From Candidatus Latescibacterota bacterium (lineage in GTDB: Bacteria; Latescibacterota; UBA2968; UBA8231): DNA of 64,000 bases. Each line of letters opens with the position of its first letter. The first letter of the stretch is position 1. The translations under genes were made by a program, and so were the position numbers. Under the pieces are notes generated by a model that made no database searches, was not told where the DNA came from, and was given only the letters and a program-made list of their open reading frames with translations. Positions 51,489 through 62,029 of this stretch are shown here, piece by piece. The DNA is taken from the NCBI GenBank assembly GCA_963422735.1, contig OY730476.1, positions 3,424,001-3,488,000 on the forward strand, written 5' to 3'.

Positions 51489-51868
51489 ACTTCTTCTCCT
51501 TCGTTGCGCTACGGGCGGGTTTCAGATACATCGCCCATAGCTTAGACGAATTAATCCCAGCACCGTCTCTCGGTGCTAAGGCACATCTTCGTGCAAAAAA
51601 GGGCCAAGATAAGTAAGATATCCAACGAATGTCAATGATGATATAGAATGATGATATAGATAAATGAGATACTATGTATTGTCGCAAGATAACCGGCCGT
51701 ACAATGGCCTCTAACCACTGACAGCAAGAATAGCACAGACTCTTGCGACAGAAGTGGATGTTACTATAATGTCATATCCTTTCTAAGGGCATCAGACCAT
51801 CTCGAGCGGGCATTCCGCCGGTTCCCGCTCATTGTTGCGCCGCTTGCGCCGCGACTGGAGCGAATTAC

Positions 51869-53539
51869 ATGCTATCCCGCTTGCTTCTCAACTCCCTTCT
51901 ATTCGGCTGGACCGCTGTGATGGGCTGGGCTGAGCCCCGCGACTTTCTTGTGCCCGACGCGACCGTCGTGGCCCGGGTATCAGACCAAGCGATTACCACG
52001 GACGACGTAGCTCGGATCCTCAAACGCCTCCAGCGATTGGGTCGCGATCAGTTATCCCCGGCGCAGGCTTTGCGCCCTCTGATTGATCGGAAAATCCTCT
52101 TCCTAGAAGCCGAAGCACAGGGGTTGGCCGCGGACTCGCTAGTTTTGGCACAACTCGCGGCCGCTACGAACCAGCGTCTCGTCGATCGCCTGTATCTAGC
52201 GGAAGTGTCCCAGTTGATTACTGTGTCGGAAGCCGAAATCCGCGAGCAGTACCGCGCCCTTGGCTTGGACCGCAAGAGGGAGGTCCGTGGCCGCCACATC
52301 GCCGCGGCCACCGAAGGAGAGGCTGTGCGGATGCTGGAGCAGTTGCGGAACGGCGCGGACTTTGCTGAACTGGCCCGGCAGTCCTCTCTCGACTCGGCTT
52401 CGGCTGCCAAGGGCGGCGATATGGGATTCTGGCAAGAGCAGGATGCTCGGCGCAGTGGATTCGTCAAGACCCTCTTCGCGCTCGACATCGGGGAAATATC
52501 CGAACCGTACCGAGATGCGCGGGGCGGCTATCACCTGATCCAGGCCACCGAGGAGCAACTCGTTGGATTCGAGCGATAGGCCGCAGGGATCCAGCGGTCC
52601 CTCGAGCGAGAGAAAAAAGAGGCACGTTGGCGCATCTACCTCGATACACAAGCAGAGCAATCTGGATTTGAGGTCGAGCAGAGCACTCTCGATTTTCTGA
52701 TCCAACAGGGACGACGTGCCCAAGACCTGATCCCCACCGTAGCGCTACTGGACGAGCGGAGGGTTCTATACCGCTTCGATGGAGGCGCGATCGAGCTGAC
52801 CGAATATGTGGAGATGCTCCGGGCCGTCCCCGCTCGCCGCCGCCCTTCGCCCGTCGATAGCACGGACATCACCCATTTCGTGCGGACCGAGGCACTTATA
52901 ACCCACATCCTCCCGAAGATCGCCAGGGAACGGGGCTGGCTGGAGGAGCCGCAGATGCGTCGGGGCCTAGCGCAGAAGCTCGAGGAACTACTGGTGGACC
53001 GCCTTCGTCGCGTCGAGGTAGAGCAGCCCTTCCTCGGCGAGACCTTGCTCCGTTCCTACTACGACGATCACCAGGATGAGTTTCGAGTCGCCGCGCGTGC
53101 CGTCGTCGAAGGTGGAATCCTGTCCTCACAAGCCGGCGAAGATCTCTTCGAGATCATGGCCGACTACCCCCTGTTTCTGGGAGAGTTCCGCAAGTACGAT
53201 GTGTTCACCATCGCCCCCGGTGACGCGACAAGCGCTCGGGATGCTATGAGCGAGGCGGCAGACGGAATGGTGCTAGGAGAGATCCGCGGCCCGGTGGCGA
53301 TCCGCTTTGCAAATAATCAGATAGGCTTTGTCGTTCTCAAGCTGCTGGAAATGCGACCGTCCCATATCCTTCCTTTCACCGCGTCCAAGGTCCAGCAGAC
53401 GGTGCGCCGCAAAATCAGAGCCGAACGCTACCGAGAAATCGAGATGGCATTTGAACAGTACATGGAGACGCTGCGCCAGAAATACGCTCTCCAGATAGTG
53501 ATTTACCAGCACGTGCTAAATGCCCTGCCGACGGGCTGA
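51869..53539 (+). pseudogene. PrsA/SurA-like peptidylprolyl isomerase, in-frame TAG at 52577-52579
   Basis: rotamase motif 'GADFAELARQSSLD..SA.KGGDMG'; frame continues open past the TAG into ORF 52808-53539. Confidence 0.85.
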
Positions 53540-54005
53540 AAATCTCAGAAGATGTTCTTTTGTGCCGTGGACCAGACGTCTGTCGCGGAGGAACTCAATT
53601 CATTGTCATCATCTTTCTGGCCGGCCTTTCGAGCCTACCCATCCCCTTCGTCAAGGTTTCCGTTCTGAAGCTGGGCGAGGCGATCCACCCTTTTGCCAAG
53701 AAAAGACTCTCCACCGTTAGGCAGTCTCCCTCCGACGAAGGGGTGCCGGCCATCATTCTGCGCGACGACTACAATCCGATGGATAGCTACGATCTGGGAC
53801 TGAGGGAAGCCAATCGGGGAGACATTCTGCAGACTACGGACTGGGAAATCCTGGCGCGTTGAGTTGGGCCTAGGGGGTTGGCGTCGTGGCGAGAGGCGGC
53901 GCAGCAGACAGGCTTATCGTCGGCTTTGCCGAATTCGCGGCGTTTGCCACCGGCGGCACGACTATCACGGCGGGCGCAAATACAACCGGCTCGGTGAACT
54001 TCTAC

Positions 54006-55016
54006 TTAAATCCCCAAGTACAAATCCCGTCCCTTGCCCAGTGCTGCGATCTTGCGGTCGGCGATGGAACGTTTGAGCATCCAGAAGCCGCAGTCTGGGT
54101 GGATGAAGCGAATGCGGTCGGGTCCGGCGGCGGCGGCGGCTTCTATGCGGCGGGCGATTTCTTCGGCTGTCTCGATGTGGTTGACCTTGATATCGATCAC
54201 GCCGATGCCAATGCCGATGCGCGGGTTGATGTGTCGTAGGGTGCTCAGGTCGCTCGCCGGGCGGTGGGCGAGCTCGAGCACCAAGTGATCGGCGCGCAGT
54301 TCGTTGAGAAAGTCGAGCAGGGCGCGCCACTCGCCCTGTTGGATGGTCTGGCCTCCGTAGTTGCCAAAGCAGAAGTGGACAGCTTTTTGGGTGCCTGCGT
54401 CGATGCAGTCGAGTACAGTGTTGATGGCGCGGGCCGCAAGAGGGCCGTCGGCTGGGTTGCCAGGGATGTTGGCCTCGTCGATCTGGATGCAGGCGCAGGG
54501 CAGGCCGCGGATTTGGTCGGCGAGGACGTGGGCTACTGCCATCAAAAGCGCGGCAAAGTCGCCGTAATGGTGATCGAGGAGGGTGCGGGCCAGCATGTAA
54601 GGGCTGGTCAAGGTGAACTTGAAGGAGCCGCCGGCCACGGCTGCGGCGCGGGCGCAGTCGGCGAACAGGTCGAGGCTGCCCGCGCCGAGTTCGGCTTCTA
54701 CTACAGCCGCGGGCTTGGCCCGGAAGCCCATGCTTTGTTTGGCGGCGAACTCCTCGGCCTCACGGCGGCCAAATTCTGCGCGAGTGCCGCCCATGGGCCG
54801 GACGAAGTACTCGATCATACCATTGGTGTCCGGGTGGTTGATGTCGAAGCGGTATAGCTCGCCGTCAGTGGGTAGGTCGATGCCGGCTTGGCGCTGGGTG
54901 TCGAACACCACGCGGGTGGCATCGACGAGGCTCTGCTCGGAGGGCAGGGCTTGGAGCCATTCCGGGACGGGATAGGAACCGACGGTCGTGGTCTGGATGG
55001 CGGGGGTGTTGGACAT
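54006..55016 (-). CDS. cobalamin-independent methionine synthase II family (core MetE catalytic domain)
   Basis: 'TTTVGSYP', 'TDGE', 'IQIDE', HFC, PDCG zinc ligands; no N-terminal folate-binding barrel. Confidence 0.88.
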   Translation of the reverse strand: MSNTPAIQTTTVGSYPVPEWLQALPSEQSLVDATRVVFDTQRQAGIDLPTDGELYRFDINHPDTNGMIEYFVRPMGGTRAEFGRREAEEFAAKQSMGFRAKPAAVVEAELGAGSLDLFADCARAAAVAGGSFKFTLTSPYMLARTLLDHHYGDFAALLMAVAHVLADQIRGLPCACIQIDEANIPGNPADGPLAARAINTVLDCIDAGTQKAVHFCFGNYGGQTIQQGEWRALLDFLNELRADHLVLELAHRPASDLSTLRHINPRIGIGIGVIDIKVNHIETAEEIARRIEAAAAAGPDRIRFIHPDCGFWMLKRSIADRKIAALGKGRDLYLGI

Positions 55017-55101
55017 GATTGGCTACGATAAGTGCTCAGCGGCGGCAGCGCAATAGGTGCTACCGCCGCGAGCCAGAAGCCGAGGTATTGTTCGGCGACA
55101 T

Positions 55102-56228
55102 TCACATACGCTCGACATCGAAAGCCGCCAAGGTGCGGGTCTCCCGACTGAATTCCACTCCAATCAGGTAAATCGGCTCGCCTCGTCCGCGATACTTGGC
55201 CGCGTAGTCCCTCTCCTTCAACTGCCTGATCGCCGCCCCCGCCGACACCCGTTCCACCACCTTGAACTCAAACAGGTACACATTCTCATTGAACAGGACC
55301 GCCATGTCGAGGCGACCCTCCCGGCTACTGTCCTCGACCGCGATCGACAGCCCCAGCGACGCGAAGTAGGAGTAGAACAGGCTGGCGTAGTAGCCCTCGT
55401 AGTTGGCAATCTCGTTGTTGGTGTGCCACTGATAGGGGATGCTGGCAAAGAACGACGCAAACAGCACCTCTAAGCTGTCGAAGTCGTTGACCAGCAGCAG
55501 GTCGTATAGCCGAGCGCTGTACTCGGCCTGAAGCGAGGGATTGCCCGTCAGGTGGTTCAGCAGGCTCTCGTTCAGGCTTTGCTGCACCTCCCGGTTGGGG
55601 TAGCCCAGTCGGTAGTACATTCGCCCGCCGCGCGGCTCGGTGCGGCGAATAGTCAGGTAGCCGGTCTGGAACAGCAGTGCCTCGGTTGCAATGTGGTCCA
55701 CGTCAAACGCCGACAGCAACTCCTCGCTGCTGGGCATGTCGTCCAAGGCGAGGGCACTGATCCCCCGCGCCAGCAACGTCTCGAGCAGAAACGTCGGCGT
55801 ACCCGTCTCAAACCAGTAGGCGGCAAAGGCACGGCGACGAAACAGCAGCAGGACATCAAACGGGTTGTACACCGCCTCTTCGCCCAGCCAGTTATAGCCG
55901 TTGTACCAAGCGCGGATGGCGTTGCGGTCCAACCCGGGCAACTCCGAGGCGAACACTGCGTCCAAGTCCGCCTCGGTATAGCCGCAGACCGCCGAGTAGT
56001 GCGGCTCCAAGGTGATGTCGATGAGATTGTTGAGGCCGGAGAACAGGCTGACCTTGGAGAACTTGCTCACCCCGGTGAGGAAAGTGAACGCGATGTGCGC
56101 GTCGCTGTCCTTGATCGTCGCGTACAATCCGCGCAAGTAGTCGCGGTTGGCTCGGGCGACCTCCGGCACTTCCAGCGCGTCGAGAATGGGCTTGTCGTAC
56201 TCGTCAACTAGCACTGCTACTCGCTGAC
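55102..56228 (-). pseudogene. AAA-ATPase-like / PD-(D/E)XK nuclease protein (DUF1703-type), 5'-truncated
   Basis: 'LVDEYDKP', 'TGVSKFSK', 'YWFETGTP', 'GRLD...YLFEFK'; Walker A region absent. Confidence 0.85.
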
Positions 56229-56437
56229 CTTAATATAGCGGCAAACGGACGTCCCGGAGGACACCACCAGTAAATCCTCATGTCCGCCGTCACCTACTCA
56301 AGCATAAGATGCTCGTCCCATACCTCGATCCGCTCGGCGCGTCCTGCAAACCGATCGCTTTCCACTAGCTATGTGCCTGACCTGAAGACAGTGCCGCACC
56401 GCCTTCTGGACGGGCGTGTGCTGGGCGGTGCGGCAGC

Positions 56438-56466
56438 TTGACAACTATACGTATGTTCAGTATATT
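56438..56466 (+). promoter_or_regulatory. sigma70 promoter with LexA-like box in the spacer
   Basis: TTGACA-17 bp-TATATT; spacer contains CTATACGTATGTTCAG (56445-56460). Confidence 0.75.
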
Positions 56467-56507
56467 TTGTGCCATTTGCCTGTTAGATCTCCTCGTCAGG
56501 AACTGCC

Positions 56508-57446
56508 ATGTCTCGGTCTCAGCAAGCCGTCCAAGAGCGCTATCGCCGGGCGCTCGACGCCTTGACCCAAAAGCTCCAGCAAGACCGCACAGTTTTGGCC
56601 GCCATCGTCTATGGCTCCTACTCGTACGACCAGGTTTGGGAGAAGTCCGACATCGACTTGTGGATCGTCATGGCCGACGACCCCAAGGTGAGGCGCTACA
56701 AAGACCACTGCCTCACCGAAGAAGGCGTTATCATCCACGCCAACCTCATCCCGCGCAAGCGCTTCCAGTTAAACATAGAAGGCTCGCGCCAAGGCGGTTG
56801 GCTCGACTTCACCTTCGCCCACAGCACTCTCTTGTTCTCCAAGGACGAATCCATTGCCGCGTGGTACAAAGACGCCGAGCGCATCGGCGCACGCGACCGC
56901 GACTACCAGTTGCTGCGGCGCGCCCTCCCGCTGTTGGCCACCTTGAACAAAGCCCAAAAATGGTACCAGGTGAAGAAGGACTACGACTATAGCTTCTTGT
57001 GGCTCCTCAACGTGGCCGATCAGCTCGCCAGCGTCGAGTGCATCCTCAATGGCCAAGCCCCGGGCCGCGAGGTCATTCACCAAGCCCTCGCCTTTAATCC
57101 CGAGTTCTTCAACGCCATCTACGCGGATCTGATCGCCGCTCCCAAAAACGCCCGCACCCTCGAGGCGGCCCTCCAGCGCGTAGATGCCTACCTCGACGAG
57201 CATCTCTGGGACATGTTCCGGCCCCTGCTCGACTATTTGGAGGAGGCCGAGGCCATGCGCACGGTGTCGGAAATAGAAGAGCACTTCAAGATGGAAGGCG
57301 CGGATTTTGCCTGCGAGTGGCTGGTTGAAAAGGGCTTGCTGCAAAAGATGTCGGCGCCGCTGCGCCTCACCGAAAAGAGCCGCATAGAGCTACAGGAAGC
57401 AGCCTATTACTACGACGGCGACGGATCCGATTGGGGCCTGCACTAA
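56508..57446 (+). CDS. Pol-beta superfamily nucleotidyltransferase-domain protein (YgxA-like architecture)
   Basis: 'VYGSYSYDQVWEKSDIDL' (GS...DxD), helical middle domain, C-terminal wHTH-like 'CEWLVEKGLL'. Confidence 0.8.
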   Translation: MSRSQQAVQERYRRALDALTQKLQQDRTVLAAIVYGSYSYDQVWEKSDIDLWIVMADDPKVRRYKDHCLTEEGVIIHANLIPRKRFQLNIEGSRQGGWLDFTFAHSTLLFSKDESIAAWYKDAERIGARDRDYQLLRRALPLLATLNKAQKWYQVKKDYDYSFLWLLNVADQLASVECILNGQAPGREVIHQALAFNPEFFNAIYADLIAAPKNARTLEAALQRVDAYLDEHLWDMFRPLLDYLEEAEAMRTVSEIEEHFKMEGADFACEWLVEKGLLQKMSAPLRLTEKSRIELQEAAYYYDGDGSDWGLH

Positions 57447-57456
57447 CGCAATAAGT

Positions 57457-57547
57457 AGTGGTTGGTGGCCAGTGGTTGGTGGCCAGTGGTTAGTGGCCAG
57501 TGGTTGGTGATCCGTCCCATCCCCACCAGAGCGGGGACTAACCGCTA
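57457..57547. repeat. heptamer element C
   Basis: (RGTGGYY)x7, core CCGTCCCATCCCC...GCGGGG, then inverted ACTAACC. Confidence 0.85.
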
Positions 57548-57560
57548 AAAAGAGGTTACT

Positions 57561-60434
57561 ATGGCCATGCGAGACGCGATCGCCATTAAGGGCGCACGCG
57601 AGAACAACCTGCGGAACATCGACGTCAGCATTCCGCGTGATAAACTGGTCGTCATCACCGGCATCAGCGGCTCGGGCAAATCCTCGCTGGCCTTCGACAC
57701 GGTGTACGCCGAGGGTCAGCGGCGCTTCATGGAGTCCATGTCCACCTATGCCAAGCGCTTCGTCGAGCAGATGAAGAAGCCGGATGTCGATTTCGTCACC
57801 GGGCTTTCGCCGGTCATTTCCATTGAGCAGAAGACTGTCTTCAACAATCCGCGCTCGACGGTCGGCACCATGACCGACTTGTACGAATATCTGCGCATGC
57901 TCTACGCCACGGTAGGCCAGGCCCACTGCCCCTATTGCCGCCGTCCCATCGCCTACCGCACGCCCTACCAGATGGCCGAGCACTTGCTGTCCCTGCCAGA
58001 TGGGGCCGAGGTGGAAATCCGCGCTCCGGTTTTTAAGATCTACGGCGAGGACTACGCGTTCCTCTTTGACGACATTCGCACCAAGGGCTACCGGCGGGTG
58101 CGCATCGAGGGCGAGCTATGCGATCTGAGCGAGGATCTCGAGATCGACGAGAACGAGGATTTCCACCTCGAGGCGGTCATCGACCGCTTCGTCATCGGCG
58201 GCGACCTGCAAAAGCAACTACTCGCTTCTATTGAGCACGGCCTAGTCGTGGGCGAGAACTTTCTCAGCTTCCACCTGCTGAACCCCCAAATCGCTTCCGC
58301 CCAAGAGGTCGCGGCCTTCTACGAAGGCTTCGGCTGCCCCGAGCACCGCCTCAGCATGGCCGAGCTAACCCAAGGCTACTTCACCTTCAACGAGCCGCTC
58401 TCGGCCTGCGTCACCTGTTCGGGCTTGGGCACCTATTTACAGGTCCATCCCGATCTGCTGGTGCCCGACAAGAGCCGGAGTATTATCGACGGTGCCTTTG
58501 TGCGCGAGGCGTTCAACTACGACCGCAATGGGTGGGGTGGCCGCATCTTCTACAGCTTGGCCCAACACTACGGCTTCGACTTGGACGCGCCCTTTGCCGA
58601 GCTGTCCGACCGCATCGTTGATGTGCTCTTCTACGGCACCAAAGGCAAGCGCTTCACTATTGTCCTGCCGCCGGGCGCGACGGAGGGCCGTCGCTACAAA
58701 GGGCGCAAGGTTTCTTTTGATGGGATCATCAACCAAATCGATCGCCGCTATCGCCGCTACCGTCGCCAAGGAGTAGCACATTCGGGCATGGAGGACTACC
58801 TGCGCAAGGTCATGGTTGAGTACGACTGCCCAGACTGCGGCGGCACTCGTCTCAAAGCCACGCGCATGCTCGTCACCGTGGCCGGCCGCACCATCCACGA
58901 CCTGTGCGAGATGCACCTGCAAGAGCTGCGCGATTTTCTTAGCGACGTTTCCATGCCCGTGCAAAGAAAGCAGGCCGGCGAGCAGATCGTGCGCGAACTC
59001 GTGCTGCGGCTCGATCTCATCATGGGCATTGGCTTGGACTATCTCAGCCTTACGCGCAGGGCGGGGACCCTCTCCGGCGGCGAGGCCCAGCGCATTCGCC
59101 TGTCCACGCAGATTGGCTCCGGCCTAATGGGCATGCTCTATGTGCTCGACGAGCCTTCCATTGGCCTCCATCCCAAAGACAACGTCAAGATGATTGAGAC
59201 GCTCCGCCGCCTGCGCGATGTCGGCAACACGGTCATTGTAGTGGAGCACGACGAGGAGACCATTCGGGCGGCCGATCACATCATCGAACTCGGCCCCGGG
59301 CCGGGTGTGCATGGCGGCCGCATCGCCGCCGAGGGCACCATTCGCCAGATATTGAAAAACCCTGACTCCCTGACCGGCCAGTTTCTCACGGGCCGCCAGT
59401 GCATCAGCGTGCCGGCCGAGCGCCGCCCGCTCAACGGCTGCAACCTGCGCGTTCGCGGTGCCCGCGCCAACAACCTTGGCGACCTCGACGTCAAAATTCC
59501 CTTGGGGGTCTTTGTCTGTGTCAGTGGGGCCTCTGGCTCGGGCAAGAGCACCCTCGTCCACGACATTCTCTACAAGAAGCTCTACTCCATCTTCCACGAC
59601 AGCCGCGTGCTGTCGGGTGCGCACGACCGCCTCGACGGGGCTGAGCACATAAGCGATGTGATCAACATCGACCAATCTCCCATCGGCCGCTCGCCCCGCT
59701 CCAACCCGGCCACGTACATCGGTTTCTACGACAACATCCGCCGCCTCTTCGCCCAGACGCCCGAGGCCGAGGAACGCGGCTATACGGCCTCGCGCTTTAG
59801 CTTCAACGTCAAGGGAGGTCGCTGCGAGGAATGCGGCGGCGAGGGCACGGTCACCACCAAGCTGCACCTGATGGCCGATGTAGAGGTGCCCTGCCCCACC
59901 TGCAAGGGCGCGCGCTACAATCAGGACACGCTCGATGTTACCTTTCGGGGCAAGAACATCGCCGAAGTCTTGGCGATGACCATAGAGGAGGGGGTTGACT
60001 TTTTCGCCGACCAGAGGCTTATCGCCCACAAATTGGGTGTGCTCAACGATTTGGGGCTGGCCTATTTGCAAATTGGCCATCCGGCTCCCCTGCTGTCGGG
60101 AGGCGAGGCCCAGCGAGTCAAGCTGGCCGACGAACTGGGCAAACTCAAGCGTGGGAAGAGCAACCTCTACCTGCTCGACGAGCCTACCACCGGATTGCAC
60201 TTGGCCGATATTCAGCGCCTGCTCGACAGCCTCAACCGCCTAGTCGAGGCTGGACATACGGTCTTGGTCATCGAGCACCACCTCGATGTCATCAAGACCG
60301 CGGACTACATCATCGACTTAGGTCCCGAGGGCGGCCACAACGGCGGCCAGATCGTCGGCCAGGGTACCCCGGAGGAACTCGCCGAAGTGAGCGAGTCGTA
60401 CACCGGACAATTCCTCAAAAACTGCTTGGCCTGA
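57561..60434 (+). CDS. uvrA: UvrA family protein (second paralog, 957 aa)
   Basis: GISGSGKS and GASGSGKS Walker A, two LSGGEAQR, zinc fingers, '[11 protein letters not shown]'. Confidence 0.93.
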   Translation: MAMRDAIAIKGARENNLRNIDVSIPRDKLVVITGISGSGKSSLAFDTVYAEGQRRFMESMSTYAKRFVEQMKKPDVDFVTGLSPVISIEQKTVFNNPRSTVGTMTDLYEYLRMLYATVGQAHCPYCRRPIAYRTPYQMAEHLLSLPDGAEVEIRAPVFKIYGEDYAFLFDDIRTKGYRRVRIEGELCDLSEDLEIDENEDFHLEAVIDRFVIGGDLQKQLLASIEHGLVVGENFLSFHLLNPQIASAQEVAAFYEGFGCPEHRLSMAELTQGYFTFNEPLSACVTCSGLGTYLQVHPDLLVPDKSRSIIDGAFVREAFNYDRNGWGGRIFYSLAQHYGFDLDAPFAELSDRIVDVLFYGTKGKRFTIVLPPGATEGRRYKGRKVSFDGIINQIDRRYRRYRRQGVAHSGMEDYLRKVMVEYDCPDCGGTRLKATRMLVTVAGRTIHDLCEMHLQELRDFLSDVSMPVQRKQAGEQIVRELVLRLDLIMGIGLDYLSLTRRAGTLSGGEAQRIRLSTQIGSGLMGMLYVLDEPSIGLHPKDNVKMIETLRRLRDVGNTVIVVEHDEETIRAADHIIELGPGPGVHGGRIAAEGTIRQILKNPDSLTGQFLTGRQCISVPAERRPLNGCNLRVRGARANNLGDLDVKIPLGVFVCVSGASGSGKSTLVHDILYKKLYSIFHDSRVLSGAHDRLDGAEHISDVINIDQSPIGRSPRSNPATYIGFYDNIRRLFAQTPEAEERGYTASRFSFNVKGGRCEECGGEGTVTTKLHLMADVEVPCPTCKGARYNQDTLDVTFRGKNIAEVLAMTIEEGVDFFADQRLIAHKLGVLNDLGLAYLQIGHPAPLLSGGEAQRVKLADELGKLKRGKSNLYLLDEPTTGLHLADIQRLLDSLNRLVEAGHTVLVIEHHLDVIKTADYIIDLGPEGGHNGGQIVGQGTPEELAEVSESYTGQFLKNCLA

Positions 60435-60446
60435 GAAGCCATTTCC

Positions 60447-60577
60447 AGTGGCCGGCGACCAGTGATCAGTGACCAGTCCGATCTTGCCTCCCTTGGGAAT
60501 GGTGGTGGGAACTAACCACTAACCACTAACCACTGACCACTAACCACTGACCACTAACCACTAACCACTAACCACTG
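60447..60577. repeat. heptamer element D between convergent uvrA and moaB
   Basis: four AGTGRYC-like units, core, then (ACTRACC)x9. Confidence 0.9.
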
Positions 60578-61089
60578 TTTTCAGACAACCTCGGCATTAG
60601 ATCGACGAGGTTACAGGGCTGGTTGGTGGAATCTAGCTGCGGCCCGATGAGCTTGTCCCAGCCGGTAGCGCAAGCCCCCGAGGAGCCAGGCAGGCAGAAG
60701 ATGTAGGTGCTGTTGGCGACGCCGGCCACGCAGCGCGACTGCAAGGTCGCGGTGCCGATCTCCTCGTAGGAAAGTACGCGGAAGACCTCGCCAAAGCCCT
60801 CGATTTCCTTGTCAAAGAGCACGCTGACGGCCTCGGGCGTGCCGTCGCGGCCGGTGAGGCCGGTGCCGCCGGTGCTGATGACGGCTTGGACGCGAGGCTC
60901 GGCGATCCACTGCGAGACTTGAGCGCGGAGCTGATAGATGTCGTCGGGCAGGATTTGCTTTTCGTGCAGAATGTGGCCGGCCGCTTCGAGGCGCTCGACC
61001 AGCAGCTTGCCGGACTTGTCGGTCGCTTCGTCGCGGGTATCGGAGACCGTGAGCACGGCGATGCACACGGGGACGCGGTCTTGGGTCAT
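60568..61089 (-). CDS. moaB: molybdenum cofactor biosynthesis protein B
   Basis: 'IAVLTVSDTR...DKSG', 'TGGTG.TGRD.TPEA', 'GFGE.FR', 'LPGS'. Confidence 0.95.
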   Translation of the reverse strand: MTQDRVPVCIAVLTVSDTRDEATDKSGKLLVERLEAAGHILHEKQILPDDIYQLRAQVSQWIAEPRVQAVISTGGTGLTGRDGTPEAVSVLFDKEIEGFGEVFRVLSYEEIGTATLQSRCVAGVANSTYIFCLPGSSGACATGWDKLIGPQLDSTNQPCNLVDLMPRLSENSG

Positions 61090-61922
61090 GGTGTACCTCT
61101 CGGTGAAGGGGATATGAGTTCAATCTGGTAGAGCTTGGGCCACCACTTGCCGGTGACGAAGAGGCGCTCGTCCTCGAAATCGTAGGCAATGCCATTGAGC
61201 ACCTCGGCGTTAGAGCCGCGGCGGTCGGCGTCACTCAACAGTCCGGTCAGGTCTATCCACCCCACGACTTGGCCGGTCGCCGGGTCAATGCGGGCAATGG
61301 TGTCGGTCTGCCAGATATTGGCAAAGACCTCGCCGGCGACCCATTCCAGTTCGTTGAGCTGAGATACGGGGCGGCCTTGGGCCACAACGGCGACCCGGCT
61401 CACTTCGGCAAAGGTAAACGGATCGCGGAAGTACAGGGTCGCACTGCCATCGCTCATAATGAGTAGTTCGCCATCGTACGTCAGCCCCCAACCCTCGGTG
61501 GGATAGGCCAATTCCGCTAGATGCTCAAAAGAATCGAGACGATAGGCAAACCCCTTGTTAGCCCGCCAAGTTAGCTGGAGAAGGCGATTGCCGAAGAGGG
61601 CGAGTCCCTCGGCGAAGAAGTGCTCTTCTAGCTGGTGGAGTTGCACGACGGCCCCTGTTTCGAGCTCGACCTTGCGCAGGGACGACTGGCCGTACTGGCC
61701 GGTGCTTTCGTAGAGAAAGCCGTCGTCGTAGAGTAGCCCTTGGGTATAGGCGTCTGGATCGTGCGGAAAGGTGCGGGCGACTCGGTAGGAGTACGTGGGG
61801 ATTTCAGGGGGCTGTTGCGGCTGGAGGGCGGCGGGTTCAGTGCCGTCGTTAGGTGGGGCCAGACAACTGGCATGGGTCGCCAAGAGCAAGGCGATGGCGA
61901 TGGACTGTACCTTGCGGATCAT
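61086..61922 (-). CDS. glutaminyl-peptide cyclotransferase (lipoprotein)
   Basis: 'PHD..AYTQGL', 'ESTG.YG.S', 'EGWGL', 'LNELE', 'VLNGIAY', 'VTGKWW'. Confidence 0.93.
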   Translation of the reverse strand: MIRKVQSIAIALLLATHASCLAPPNDGTEPAALQPQQPPEIPTYSYRVARTFPHDPDAYTQGLLYDDGFLYESTGQYGQSSLRKVELETGAVVQLHQLEEHFFAEGLALFGNRLLQLTWRANKGFAYRLDSFEHLAELAYPTEGWGLTYDGELLIMSDGSATLYFRDPFTFAEVSRVAVVAQGRPVSQLNELEWVAGEVFANIWQTDTIARIDPATGQVVGWIDLTGLLSDADRRGSNAEVLNGIAYDFEDERLFVTGKWWPKLYQIELISPSPRGTP

Positions 61923-62029
61923 GTGGGGTAAAATACGGGGCGCGTTAGAGAGGGCAAGGTGCAGGGCGGCTTGCTTGTTGGGGGTGGGGCATCTGTTAGA
62001 ATTACGCAGAAACATCGAGGAGGAAAACC

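Noticed and set aside
53560-53862. 100-aa ORF after the PPIase
   Set aside because: No RBS or recognisable domain; probably a mosaic of gene debris at the island edge.
60447-60577. CRISPR array or telomere-like repeat
   Set aside because: 7-bp tandem units without unique spacers; no cas genes in the window.
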